From Anaerovoracaceae bacterium (lineage in GTDB: Bacteria > Bacillota > Clostridia > Christensenellales > Aristaeellaceae): a stretch of 64,000 nt of DNA. Position 1 is the stretch's first letter. Every line of letters begins with the position of its first letter. The notes under the pieces are model-generated. The model had not been told where the DNA came from and searched no databases. It worked only from the letters and a program-made list of their open reading frames with translations. The DNA lies in assembly GCA_963590165.1 (NCBI GenBank), contig CAVANO010000011.1, positions 12,988 through 76,987 on the forward strand, written 5' to 3'. The position numbers and the translations under genes were made by a program. This document shows positions 19,950 through 29,052 of this stretch, piece after piece.

Positions 19950-21063
19950 GCTGCCTCCACTGATTCAACGCCTTTTCGCGCTCATTCGCCGTCATGGGCG
20001 TAAATGCCTGCTGATAGATTTCACGCAGCTGCTGTTTGTTCAGCGGCTCCGGATGATTGCCCAGCCGCTCCGGATTGACCGATGCGGCGAGATAGTCCAG
20101 CATCGCATCATCCGGCATCGGCAGATTGTCCAGCTCAAGCGACGCCAGCAGCCCCTTGAGCAGCAGCGCGCCGTCCTGCGCCGTTTTGCCGCCGCAGAGT
20201 GCGGAAAGTGCATCCAGCATTGGCTGATTCTGCGGATACTGCGCCAGATGCAGCCACAGATATGGCAGCGTCAGCATGCATGCGTGACCGTGAGCCGCGC
20301 CGAGCTTCTTGGTGATTTGGTAGCTCATGGCATGCGCCGCCGTCGTCCGCGTCGTGAGAATCGCCAGACCGGATTCATACGCCGCGTGAAGCATGGCATC
20401 CTGCGCGTCCGCATCGCCTGCCATGTACTTGGTCAGATGGTCGAGCACGCCGTGAATCGCGTTTTCGGCATGGACGCGGCTGTCTGCCGTTGCTTTGCGC
20501 GCCCACCACGACTCAATGCCCTGCGCCAGCGCATCCATTGCGCACGACTTCCGGTGATATTCCGGCAGCGTATCCAGCAGGGAACCGTCCAGCAGCACGC
20601 CGTCCGGCAGCAGCGTCTGATGGTCAACAGACAGTTTCTGATTGTTTTCGTACAGCACGGCGACCGCGGTCGTTTCCGCGCCGGTGCCGGCCGTTGCCGG
20701 AATCGCGAGGTGCGGCAGGTGCGAATCCGCCGGCAGGTGACTTCTGCGGACATCCGGCAAATCCGCCAAAATCAGCGCTTTCACGCCCTTCGCCGTATCC
20801 ATGGCTGAGCCGCCGCCGATGGAAATCAGCCCGTCACAGTCCTTCGCGCGGTACAGCGCCGCGCCTGCCTGACAGTCCTCCAAATCGGGATTTGCATGGA
20901 ACGCGCTGAAAACGGGCAGACGCATCCCTGTCCGCGCGAAAAAAACGTCCTTTGTGCGTGTGCCTGCGACCAGCATCGGGTTCGTCACGCCCAGTTCGCG
21001 GAGCATCACGGCGATATTCGCACCGCTGAGGGCACCGCGGCCTTCCTTCAAGCAAATTGGCAT
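19942..21063 (-). CDS. Iron-containing (group III) alcohol dehydrogenase family protein
   Basis: ORF 19942..21186. ATG 21063 lies after AAAGGGGAAG, and the upstream extension lies in repeat array B. Motif LISIGGGSAMDTAKG. Confidence 0.8.
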   Translation of the reverse strand: MPICLKEGRGALSGANIAVMLRELGVTNPMLVAGTRTKDVFFARTGMRLPVFSAFHANPDLEDCQAGAALYRAKDCDGLISIGGGSAMDTAKGVKALILADLPDVRRSHLPADSHLPHLAIPATAGTGAETTAVAVLYENNQKLSVDHQTLLPDGVLLDGSLLDTLPEYHRKSCAMDALAQGIESWWARKATADSRVHAENAIHGVLDHLTKYMAGDADAQDAMLHAAYESGLAILTTRTTAAHAMSYQITKKLGAAHGHACMLTLPYLWLHLAQYPQNQPMLDALSALCGGKTAQDGALLLKGLLASLELDNLPMPDDAMLDYLAASVNPERLGNHPEPLNKQQLREIYQQAFTPMTANEREKALNQWRQHG

Positions 21064-21124
21064 GGTTTTTCTTCCCCTTTCACGGGTTCTATTGTACAGC
21101 ATCGGAAGGTTTTGTGCAACCTTA

Positions 21125-21800
21125 TCAGAAACGGACTTCGTCTGATTTTTTGATTCCTTCGGTATCATGCTTGGTTTCATTTTCATGGTTAGACATTAGC
21201 AAATTGACAGGGGGCGATAGAACAGGCAAAGCCTGCGGTCGCGGACTTCGTCCGTTTTCTTCGACCCTTTCGGTATCATGCTTGGTTTCATTTTCATGGT
21301 TAGACATTAGCAAAATGACAGGGGGCGATAGAACAGGCAAAGCCTGCGGTCGCGGACTTCGCCCGTTTTCTTCGACCCCTTCGGTATCATGCTTGGTTTC
21401 ATTTTCATGGTTAGACATTAGCAAATTGACAGGGGGCGATAGAACAGGCAAAGCCTGCGGTCGCGGACTTCGTCCGTTTTCTTCGACCCCTTCGGTATCA
21501 TACTTGGTTTCATTTTCATGGTTAGACATTAGCAAATTGACAGGGGCTTTCCGGTCGCCCCCTTGACCCCTTCGGTATCATGCTTGGTTTCATTTTCATG
21601 GATGATTTTGTTTACGTTTTTCGGGGCTTTGCAATCGCCCCCGAACTCCTTCGCACAACTTGGTTTGTATTGCGGATTTTATTATAAAGCAAGCATGGAA
21701 AAAGTGTGCAGCCGAAGGGGTCAGGGGGCGATCGGAAAGCCCCCTGGGAAAGCCTCATAACAAAACTACTATGGAAATGAAAATTGCATGCCAAAGGCAG
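21125..21800. repeat. Tandem array B: 111-bp unit x about 4.5 plus extra GC-hairpin modules
   Basis: CTTCGGTATCATGCTTGG recurs at about 21157, 21268, 21379, 21490 and 21570. Units carry CAGGCaaaGCCTG and CGGACttcGTCCGtttt. The distal part has GGGGCtttccggtcGCCCCC, GGGGCtttgcaatcGCCCCC and GGGGGCgatcggaaaGCCCCC. Confidence 0.9.
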
Positions 21801-21852
21801 AAAAAAACCGAGCCTCCCTTGCGAGAGACCCGGCGGAAAGGGTTCCAATCAA

Positions 21853-23565
21853 TCAGAGAATAACCAGCACAACCACCGCACCGATGGCAAGCACTGCGGC
21901 GATGATGTTGCCGATGGTCAGCTTGCGGTTGCGGTCGAAGAGGCTGCACAGCAGATGCGCGATGATGCCGATGGCGGCACCGATGGCGATGCTGCTCGTT
22001 GCAAGGGCTGCGAGGACGGTCGCGGCGAACACGATGCGGTCATCCGCACGGTCGAAACCGCCCTGCACGGAGGTCATAACCATGTGCAGACCGAGAATTG
22101 CCATCACGGCATCCGCAACGATGAAGGAGCAGTCCGTCAGCATCTGCAGGACAACGCCGTAGTGACCATAGAGGTTGAATTCAAGGTCATAGCTGGTCGT
22201 TGTCGCGAAGAAGAACGGCACAATCCAGATGAACGCGCTGACGAGCATGCCCAGCGATGCGACAACGCTGCTCAGACCGGAACGTGCACCATCACGGCGC
22301 GCGCCGACGCTGCTGATGCTGATGGCCATGGGCGTTACGCCGGCGAGGGAGGACACGATATTCGCACCTGCATTGCACAGCAGGGCGCGTCCGGTTTCCT
22401 TCTCGTCCGCCTCATTCACGGTGAGCACCGCGTCCGCCTGCGTCATGCCGGTCAGCAGGAAGGTGACGATGCCGGTCGCGAACATCAGGGCGACATTGCC
22501 GCCAGCCTCGGTGAAGGCGGTGAAATCAAAGCCTTCCGTGAGCACCTGACCGAGCGCGAGGTTCTGGAAAATCTGACCGAGGTGGAGGTGCTGTGCGTCC
22601 TCGCTGCCGACCATCCACAGGCGTCCCCAGAGCGAACCGAGGTCATACTGAATGGCGCCGTTGCGGCCGACATAGAACACGACAAGACCCAGATAGGACA
22701 GGAAATACACGGCAGTGCCGATGAGCAGGGAATACCAGACCGGATGCTTGGACTTCTTTGTGAGCAGATAGCCGGCGAAAGCGGCGATGGCACCAATCAT
22801 GGCGCACTGAATCCACGGATAGTAGGAATCGCCCTTGTAGCCCAGCGAATTGTAGGTCTGGAAGTCAAACAGGGAGAACAGCGACACGTTGTCGTTCAGC
22901 ACGCCCGTCCACTTTTTCATGTTGATGGCGGATGTGTTGACACCCTCGATGGACAGTTCCGTCGCGCCGATTTGGACAATGCCGGTCATCTGCAGCATGA
23001 CGATGACGAGCAGCAGACCGACCGCCGCCGGAGCCGCGCGCCGCACACCTGCCGGAATCGCCTTGAAGATCGCCTTGCGGACAGCCGGAACAGCCATCAG
23101 CACGGTGTATACAAGCGAGGACACGAGGCAGACTGCCAGCAGATTCTGGTAGCTCAATCCGGCACCGATGCCGAGGCTGGAAATCAGCACGGTGGACAGC
23201 CCGAGCGAAGGAATCTGGCAGATGGGCAGACGCGCGATGAGTCCCATGGCGAGCGTGCCGATGAAGGCGACGATCATGGACAGGAAATAGTACCGCGCGA
23301 TGACCTCGCAGTTGGCGGCTGTTTCGATGGTTTCTTCGACCGAACCGGTGGAAACGAGCAGCTTGCTCACGAACTGCATGTTCATGAAGATGCAGCAGAC
23401 TGCCAGCACGCACATCAGCAGACCGGAACCGATTTCGCGTCCGGTGGTGCTGCCGCGGTCAATGTGGTGGAAAAAGCGGTTCAGCGGGCGCTGGGCGGCA
23501 CGCTCCGCCTTTGCCTGCTTCTTTGCAAGCTTGACAGCTTTCTTCGCCGTAATGGCTTCAGACAT
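21853..23565 (-). CDS. NCS2/AzgA-like purine (adenine/guanine/hypoxanthine) permease family protein
   Basis: ORF 21853..23607. ATG 23565 is preceded by AAGGAGGA. FFHHIDRGSTTGREIGSGL resembles the AzgA N-terminal motif. About 13 TM helices; longer than typical members. Confidence 0.6.
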   Translation of the reverse strand: MSEAITAKKAVKLAKKQAKAERAAQRPLNRFFHHIDRGSTTGREIGSGLLMCVLAVCCIFMNMQFVSKLLVSTGSVEETIETAANCEVIARYYFLSMIVAFIGTLAMGLIARLPICQIPSLGLSTVLISSLGIGAGLSYQNLLAVCLVSSLVYTVLMAVPAVRKAIFKAIPAGVRRAAPAAVGLLLVIVMLQMTGIVQIGATELSIEGVNTSAINMKKWTGVLNDNVSLFSLFDFQTYNSLGYKGDSYYPWIQCAMIGAIAAFAGYLLTKKSKHPVWYSLLIGTAVYFLSYLGLVVFYVGRNGAIQYDLGSLWGRLWMVGSEDAQHLHLGQIFQNLALGQVLTEGFDFTAFTEAGGNVALMFATGIVTFLLTGMTQADAVLTVNEADEKETGRALLCNAGANIVSSLAGVTPMAISISSVGARRDGARSGLSSVVASLGMLVSAFIWIVPFFFATTTSYDLEFNLYGHYGVVLQMLTDCSFIVADAVMAILGLHMVMTSVQGGFDRADDRIVFAATVLAALATSSIAIGAAIGIIAHLLCSLFDRNRKLTIGNIIAAVLAIGAVVVLVIL

Positions 23566-23703
23566 GGTGTTTGTCCTCCTTGTAGGGGTGATTTTTCCGC
23601 AATGCATCAGGGTGCAGCCGCTTGAACGACCGTCCCTGTCGTGAAAGAGAGAGGGAGACTGCGTTCGGGGCAGTCCCCCTCTCGGAGGGAGTGGAGAAAG
23701 CGA

Positions 23704-24723
23704 TTATTGCACAAGCACACCGGATGCCGGCTGATTGAGGCAGCAGTCAACGCGGTCGCTCTGCTGTGCGGGGTTCGCGCCGGGCATATCCATCTGCTGC
23801 GGATCCGTCCACAGCTCGGTCTTTGCCTGCTGGAACTCTTCGGTCGGCGCGTCGTCGGTCAGGGTGATTTCCAGTACCGTGGAGACCTGGGAATCGAGCA
23901 CGTACTCATCGCGGGAGAGTGCCTGGCAGGTCACGTAGTACGTGCCGGCAGACAGCGTGTACTCGTACTTGTCGTAGATGAAGTACAGCGGATTGAGCGA
24001 TCCGCCGCCCATGCTGCCGCCGGACTCACCGGAGTTCTCCTCATAGCCGTCGGGCTTGTAGAGGAACAGGTCGTTGGCATCCTTCGCGGCTTCGCTGTGA
24101 TAGCCCCAGATGATGATGACGCCGGGAGGGTTCTTGCTCATGGTTGCGGCAAGATCCTTCAGGTCGACGGTGTCGGTGAACACTTCGTTCGTGCATTCCG
24201 CATCGCTGTAGAAGGTGAACTTCATCAGCGGAAGATACTCGTTGTAGCGGTAGTCGCACAGCGTCCACCAGTCGATGACGAGCTGCACGGTGTTGCCGCT
24301 GTACATGGCGAGCATTTCCGGACGCTCCAGCGGCAGACCCACGCCGAACTGGCACATGATGTTGATGGGGTCAGGCGTGATGTAATCCGTGCCTGCCGGT
24401 GCGAAGGAGCACAGCGAAACGGCGAATTCGCCCCATGCGACGCTGCTCAGGTCGAGCGTGCCGGTGATTTCGCCGGTCTTGCCGCCGCGGATGCGCTTGG
24501 AGGAAGAAATGTATTCGCCGGTGATTTCGCCGTCCTTTATCTCGTAGAAGCGGATGAAGTAATAGCCCATGTTCTCGTCATTCGCGACGAAGGAGTAGTT
24601 GCCCGTCATCGGGTCGAAGGTGAAATCCGTAGGCGCCTGAAGCGTCTTCTCCTCTGCAGAGGCGAAGCATGCGCACGAAAGCACAAGCATCAGGCACAAA
24701 ATGGCAGAAATGAACTTTTTCAT
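23704..24723 (-). CDS. Secreted hypothetical protein
   Basis: ORF 23704..24828. ATG 24723 is preceded by GAGGAG. Signal peptide MKKFISAILCLMLVLSCACFASA. No domain recognised. Downstream of and co-directional with the GH3 gene. Confidence 0.7.
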   Translation of the reverse strand: MKKFISAILCLMLVLSCACFASAEEKTLQAPTDFTFDPMTGNYSFVANDENMGYYFIRFYEIKDGEITGEYISSSKRIRGGKTGEITGTLDLSSVAWGEFAVSLCSFAPAGTDYITPDPINIMCQFGVGLPLERPEMLAMYSGNTVQLVIDWWTLCDYRYNEYLPLMKFTFYSDAECTNEVFTDTVDLKDLAATMSKNPPGVIIIWGYHSEAAKDANDLFLYKPDGYEENSGESGGSMGGGSLNPLYFIYDKYEYTLSAGTYYVTCQALSRDEYVLDSQVSTVLEITLTDDAPTEEFQQAKTELWTDPQQMDMPGANPAQQSDRVDCCLNQPASGVLVQ

Positions 24724-24830
24724 ATGCCTATTCTCCTCATGTTGTTGTGGGGAAACGGGTTCGGCAGGCGATTCCCCTGCTTTTCGTCCGGAGAACCGCC
24801 GCCGATGGGGAGCTTCAAATGGCTGCAATG

Positions 24831-24873
24831 GAAGGGGTCAAGGGGCAATTGCAAAGCCCCTTGTTGACCCCGC
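24831..24873. repeat. Solo GC-hairpin repeat
   Basis: ggaaggggtcaaGGGGCaattgcaaaGCCCCttgttgacccc, between the GH3 stop and the secreted-protein start. Confidence 0.8.
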
Positions 24874-24885
24874 AGCGAGAAAGAA

Positions 24886-27741
24886 TCAGTCAGCCAGATT
24901 CAGCGTAGAGCAGTACTGATATAGCGCGTTGCGCATGATGTTGTGCAGCATGTAGCGTCCGTACACCGTCTCGGTCGGGTCGCCGTATGCGGCAACATTC
25001 TGACGGGAGGTGGCGTAGTTGGAGATGGTCAGCATGCAGCCCTGGATGGACAGCATGGCAGCAGGAGAGTTGTAGCAGTCGCCCGTGCCGCCGTCGCCGT
25101 CGGTAATCAGCATGCCCTGCCAGCCCCATTCGTCGCGCATGATGGTCTTGTACATGCCGTAGTGGAACCAGCTCATGCCGATGCGGTTCAGGGAGCCCAT
25201 GATGCCGTTGGCGTTGTATTCCTTGCAGGAGATTTCATAGGGCATCATGTAGATTTCGCGGATGGCCTGTTCGTTTGCCCAGGTGGTGTTGCCGCCGCGG
25301 TTGGTGTCGCCGTCGTTCAGGGCAGCGTGCTTGATGAACACGTTCGTGCCGGTGGACTGGATGCCGGATGTGGCGCTGCCGCCGATGTGACCGGCGATGA
25401 AGCCGTCCTCGGAGTAGTATTCGAAGTTACGGCCGCCGAACGGGCTGCGGTGCGTGTTCATGGCAGGCGCGTAGGCATGGATGCCGAACAGGCGGGTCTG
25501 ATGGCCGTAAGCAACGCCCTCAGCGTATGCGAGGTCGGTGTTCCACGTTGCCGCGATCATGACTGCGCAGGGGAACCAGGTGCCGCCGTTGTACTGACCG
25601 TTGCCGGGTTCGCCGGGGCCGTCAACGACCTTCTGCTTTTCCTTGCCGACGGATTCAACCGCGGACACGGCCCAGCCGGAATTGCCCTGGATTTCAACCG
25701 CCTCATCGATGGAGGTCATGTTTGCCAGCTTATCGAAGAGTTCAAGACCTTCGTCCGTGTAGATGTCCACACCGGCGAGGTCGGCGGCAGTCAGCTTATG
25801 GTAGCTGCCGGAGGTGGGCTCTTCATCGACCACAACGGGGTTGCCCGCTTCGGTCGTTTCGCCCTCGACGACGTAGTAGGTCTGCTCCCACAGGGGGTCA
25901 GTCAGCGTAGCAGTGTCAATGCCGTCAGGCGTCGTTTCGCCGTAAGGCATCATGTTGCCGCCGCGCGCGTAGAGCGTCTCGGTGATGGTCGTCTTCACGC
26001 CGTTGCGGTAGGTTTCAAACGTGTACTCAATGGTATCCTCATCGGTCGTCGCGAGAACTGCCTCGATGGCATCGGTGACCTTTTCGTTGGCTTCCTCGTC
26101 GGACTGGTGGGACATGATCTGCTTCATGCCGCCGGCGATGTCGCTGCGGGACAGATAACCGTCGAGCATGTTGCCGTCGCCCGCGGTCACGTCATCCATG
26201 GCGTTCTTGGCAACAGTCTTGTCGGAGGAACGGGCACCCACGCCGTCCTCGTTGTAGATGAGCGCGTCCGCAAGGGTGACCTTCAGGCTGGCGGTCGCGC
26301 GGTCGCCCCACTGATGGGCATCGGACTGGATGTTGAAGCTGTATTCGCCGTTCTCCAGCACGTAGCAGCCCTGACCGAAGTTATCGAAGGAAGCGAGGTT
26401 GTCGGTATCGAAGGTGATGGTGACTTCCTCAGAAGCGCCGGGTTCAAGCGTGCTCGTCTTGGCAAAGCCGATCAGCACAACCTTCGCCTTTTCCAGACCC
26501 ACACCCTTGATGCCGAAGCGTTCGGTGTCCGTCTGATACGGCGCGTCCATGTATAGCTCGACCGCACGCTTGCCAGCCACATCGCCGGTGTTGGTGACCT
26601 TGACGGTGATGCTGTTTGTGCCATGCGCGGTGAGGGTGACGTCAGAGGCAACGATCTCCTCGGAGAAGGTCGTATAGCTCAGACCATAGCCGAACGGGAA
26701 CTGAACGACCTGATCATAGCCGGAAACAGCGCCGTTCTTGAATTCGATAGCCTTGAAGTCGTCGGAATCGAAGTAACCGACAGCATCCGCGGTCTCGAAG
26801 TAGCGGTAGCCAACATAAATGCCTTCTTCGTACTGGTAGAAGGTCTGACCGTTGGCGTTGGCATAGCGGTTGTTGTCCGTGTTGTAGTAGGTGGGATTGG
26901 TGGTCATGTCATAGGCGTAGGTATCCACCAGTCGGCCGGAAGGATTGCTGCGGCCGGTCAGGATGGTGCCGACACCGGTGATGCCTGCTTCGCCCGGATG
27001 GCCGATCCACAGGCACGCATCCACGTTGTACTCCTCGCTGTCGATGAAGCCGAGCTCCATGGCGGTTGCGGAGTTGATGAGGACGATGGTGTGGGCGAAA
27101 TTCGCCTTGCAGTACGCCAGCAGATCCTTCTCGTTCTGGTCGAGCTCGAGGTAGGTCGAGCCGGTCAGCGTCGAGCCGTCGCCGTCGTAGTCCATCGAGG
27201 GAGAAGCACCCTCAGCGCCGGAACGGGAGAAAGTGACGATGGCGTAATCCGTGTAGCCGTCCGCGAGGATGTCGGCAGAGCCGGCTTCGTAGACGGACTT
27301 GTCAAACTCATGAATCTTCTGGTAGCTCGTCCAGTCGCCGATGCCGGACGGGTCGCACTCGCCGACACCGCGCGCGCCGCCGCAGTTGTCCTCGAGCCAG
27401 TACCAGGCGTCTTCGTTGACATCCAGACCGGCTTCGATGAACGCATCCGCCATCATAACGGTGTTGATGTCATCCTTGCCGCCGGCGGAGCCCGTGCCGC
27501 CCTCGACGTAGTTGTAGCTCATTGCGCCGAGCAGCGTGACCTTCGTGCCCTCCGCGAGCGGAAGCACATTGTCCTTGTTCTTGAGCAGGACTGCACCTTC
27601 AGCGGCGATCTGCACGCTGACGTCATAGCCCTCCGCATAGCACTCGTTCGCGTCGAACGAAGCCATCGCGGGCGCGGCAAAGCTGGTGACCAGCATGGCC
27701 GCGGCACAGAGGGTGCTCAGGATCTTCTTGCCGAGTTTCAT
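24886..27741 (-). CDS. Glycoside hydrolase family 3 (beta-glucosidase/xylosidase-like), domain-permuted, secreted
   Basis: ORF 24886..27888. ATG 27741 is preceded by AAGGAGGA. Signal peptide MKLGKKILSTLCAAAMLVTSFAAPAMA. The sandwich domain (AVLLKNKDNVLPL, NPSGRL) and Fn3-like part (FGYGLSYTTF) precede the TIM-barrel part (GGRNFEYYSEDG, KHAALND, GMLITDGDG). Confidence 0.85.
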   Translation of the reverse strand: MKLGKKILSTLCAAAMLVTSFAAPAMASFDANECYAEGYDVSVQIAAEGAVLLKNKDNVLPLAEGTKVTLLGAMSYNYVEGGTGSAGGKDDINTVMMADAFIEAGLDVNEDAWYWLEDNCGGARGVGECDPSGIGDWTSYQKIHEFDKSVYEAGSADILADGYTDYAIVTFSRSGAEGASPSMDYDGDGSTLTGSTYLELDQNEKDLLAYCKANFAHTIVLINSATAMELGFIDSEEYNVDACLWIGHPGEAGITGVGTILTGRSNPSGRLVDTYAYDMTTNPTYYNTDNNRYANANGQTFYQYEEGIYVGYRYFETADAVGYFDSDDFKAIEFKNGAVSGYDQVVQFPFGYGLSYTTFSEEIVASDVTLTAHGTNSITVKVTNTGDVAGKRAVELYMDAPYQTDTERFGIKGVGLEKAKVVLIGFAKTSTLEPGASEEVTITFDTDNLASFDNFGQGCYVLENGEYSFNIQSDAHQWGDRATASLKVTLADALIYNEDGVGARSSDKTVAKNAMDDVTAGDGNMLDGYLSRSDIAGGMKQIMSHQSDEEANEKVTDAIEAVLATTDEDTIEYTFETYRNGVKTTITETLYARGGNMMPYGETTPDGIDTATLTDPLWEQTYYVVEGETTEAGNPVVVDEEPTSGSYHKLTAADLAGVDIYTDEGLELFDKLANMTSIDEAVEIQGNSGWAVSAVESVGKEKQKVVDGPGEPGNGQYNGGTWFPCAVMIAATWNTDLAYAEGVAYGHQTRLFGIHAYAPAMNTHRSPFGGRNFEYYSEDGFIAGHIGGSATSGIQSTGTNVFIKHAALNDGDTNRGGNTTWANEQAIREIYMMPYEISCKEYNANGIMGSLNRIGMSWFHYGMYKTIMRDEWGWQGMLITDGDGGTGDCYNSPAAMLSIQGCMLTISNYATSRQNVAAYGDPTETVYGRYMLHNIMRNALYQYCSTLNLAD

Positions 27742-27873
27742 GATAGAAGTTCCTCCTTTGCTTCTGGCTCTCCCTGCCGCATCGGCGGCGAAGGAGCAGC
27801 AACGTTGCCAAGCAGCGGATGAACAGGGCACAATTATGCCGATCATGTCCCGTTCACCGCCTCCTGATTCCAA

Positions 27874-27901
27874 AGTATAAGAGGTCATGACGAAAGGTCA
27901 A
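27874..27901 (-). promoter_or_regulatory. sigma-70-type promoter of the GH3 gene
   Basis: Minus strand: TTGACC (27896-27901), 16 nt, TATACT (27874-27879). Confidence 0.45.
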
Positions 27902-28058
27902 CGTGCTTGTCGCAAATGGAGCGTTAATCTCCCTAAAAGAGCACTTTAACGGAACGAACGTTGCTCGAAACGGAACAAACGGCAAGAAAACGCCGCTTGT
28001 CAGGACAAATGACAGGCGAATTCTTGCTGAATCTTAATCTGCTTTTAAGCTGCATCGA

Positions 28059-28087
28059 TTGCAAAATCTGCCTGCAGCGATTATAAT
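28059..28087 (+). promoter_or_regulatory. sigma-70-type promoter of the Gly/Pro-rich mini-gene
   Basis: TTGCAA (28059-28064), 17 nt, TATAAT (28082-28087). Confidence 0.55.
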
Positions 28088-28121
28088 ACAAGAGAACAAC
28101 AAAAGGAGGTGCCAAACGAGT

Positions 28122-28394
28122 ATGAGTAGCAATCGCATGATGTCCCATGGCGCCGGACCCGGCGGCGGCGGACCTGGCGGTGGCGGACCTGGCGGCGGAC
28201 ATCGCGGCGGATTTGGCGGTATGGGTCGCGGCGGTCATCGTCCTCCGCCCGAACCGCCGAGGCGCGGCTTTGGTCATCGGGAACCGCCGCCTCCCAGACG
28301 CAGACCGTATCGGGGCTCTTGCCTTGGGTGCGCCGTATGGGTGCTGGGCGCGGCACTGCTGCTGGGGCTGCTGGTGGTGCTTCTGTTTGCCTGA
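28122..28394 (+). CDS. Small Gly/Pro/Arg-rich tail-anchored membrane protein (90 aa)
   Basis: ORF 28059..28394. ATG 28122 lies 11 nt after AAAGGAGG. MSSNRMMSHGAGPGGGGPGGGGPGGGHRGGFGGMGRGGHRPPPEPPRRGF..., then a single C-terminal TM CAVWVLGAALLLGLLVVLLFA. Has its own promoter and terminator. Confidence 0.6.
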   Translation: MSSNRMMSHGAGPGGGGPGGGGPGGGHRGGFGGMGRGGHRPPPEPPRRGFGHREPPPPRRRPYRGSCLGCAVWVLGAALLLGLLVVLLFA

Positions 28395-28423
28395 TGCACG
28401 CGCATCGATCCGTTTTTCCATGC

Positions 28424-28456
28424 AGGAGAGAGCTTGATGCTCTCTCCTTTCTTTTC
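28424..28456 (+). terminator. Rho-independent terminator of the mini-gene
   Basis: AGGAGAGAGC-ttgat-GCTCTCTCCT followed by ttcttttc. Confidence 0.7.
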
Positions 28457-28460
28457 ATGC

Positions 28461-28490
28461 TTGACAATGCCTTCCTTTATACGGTACAAT
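28461..28490 (+). promoter_or_regulatory. sigma-70-type promoter
   Basis: TTGACA (28461-28466), 18 nt, TACAAT (28485-28490), upstream of RBS GGGAGGA and ATG 28537. Confidence 0.5.
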
Positions 28491-28536
28491 AGAACCAACA
28501 AACAAGCGAAATCAGCCATACAGGGAGGAATTTGCC

Positions 28537-29046
28537 ATGCAGCAGCTCTATCTGACCGGGCAGGGCGCGTCCGCCGCTGCCGAACGGGTGCTTCGTGCCA
28601 TCAATGTGCCGACCGCCGGATTTCGCCTGACGCCGTTTTCCGTGTCCGGCGAGGTTCGCGGCGAAGCGCTGCACTTCCTGCTGCCGCCGCCGTCACCGCT
28701 GCTCAATGACGTGCCGTGCCGCATCCGCATTCAGAGCGATTCGTGGCAGCTTGTGCCGAAGGTGATGGAGCAGATTGCCGCGCCGGGGCTCCGCGCCTGT
28801 CTGGGCACGCTGACGCCTGTGCTGGTCGATACGATTCATCCGGACATGCTTGCCGGCAAGGCATTCTGCGCGGTGCTTGACCAGCTGCAGGCAAGGGAGC
28901 GCCTATGCGTGTTTGTCGTGGCGGACGGCGCGGAGAAGAAGCTGCGCCGTATGATGCCGGTCGAACGTCAGCGGTGGTTCCGCGTCACGGACGTGCCGGA
29001 GGAAACGCTGATTGAAGCGGCGATGCTGCGCCTCAGCAGCCTGTAA
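28537..29046 (+). CDS. Hypothetical protein, possibly a degenerate NTPase (THEP1/NTPase_1-like) fold
   Basis: 169 aa. LYLTGQGASAAAERVL occupies the Walker-A position but lacks the GK[ST] lysine. It is followed by GFRL...GEVRGEAL, resembling GF.T.E.R..G.R.GF. Confidence 0.55.
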   Translation: MQQLYLTGQGASAAAERVLRAINVPTAGFRLTPFSVSGEVRGEALHFLLPPPSPLLNDVPCRIRIQSDSWQLVPKVMEQIAAPGLRACLGTLTPVLVDTIHPDMLAGKAFCAVLDQLQARERLCVFVVADGAEKKLRRMMPVERQRWFRVTDVPEETLIEAAMLRLSSL

Positions 29047-29052
29047 TTTTAG

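Noticed and set aside
27742-27888. N-terminal ORF extensions (GH3 to 27888, Fe-ADH to 21186, DUF2974 gene to 40210, rny to 32831, permease to 23607, secreted protein to 24828)
   Set aside because: Internal ATG/GTG codons with good GGAGG-type sites give the expected signal peptides or N-termini. The extensions run into promoters or repeat modules.
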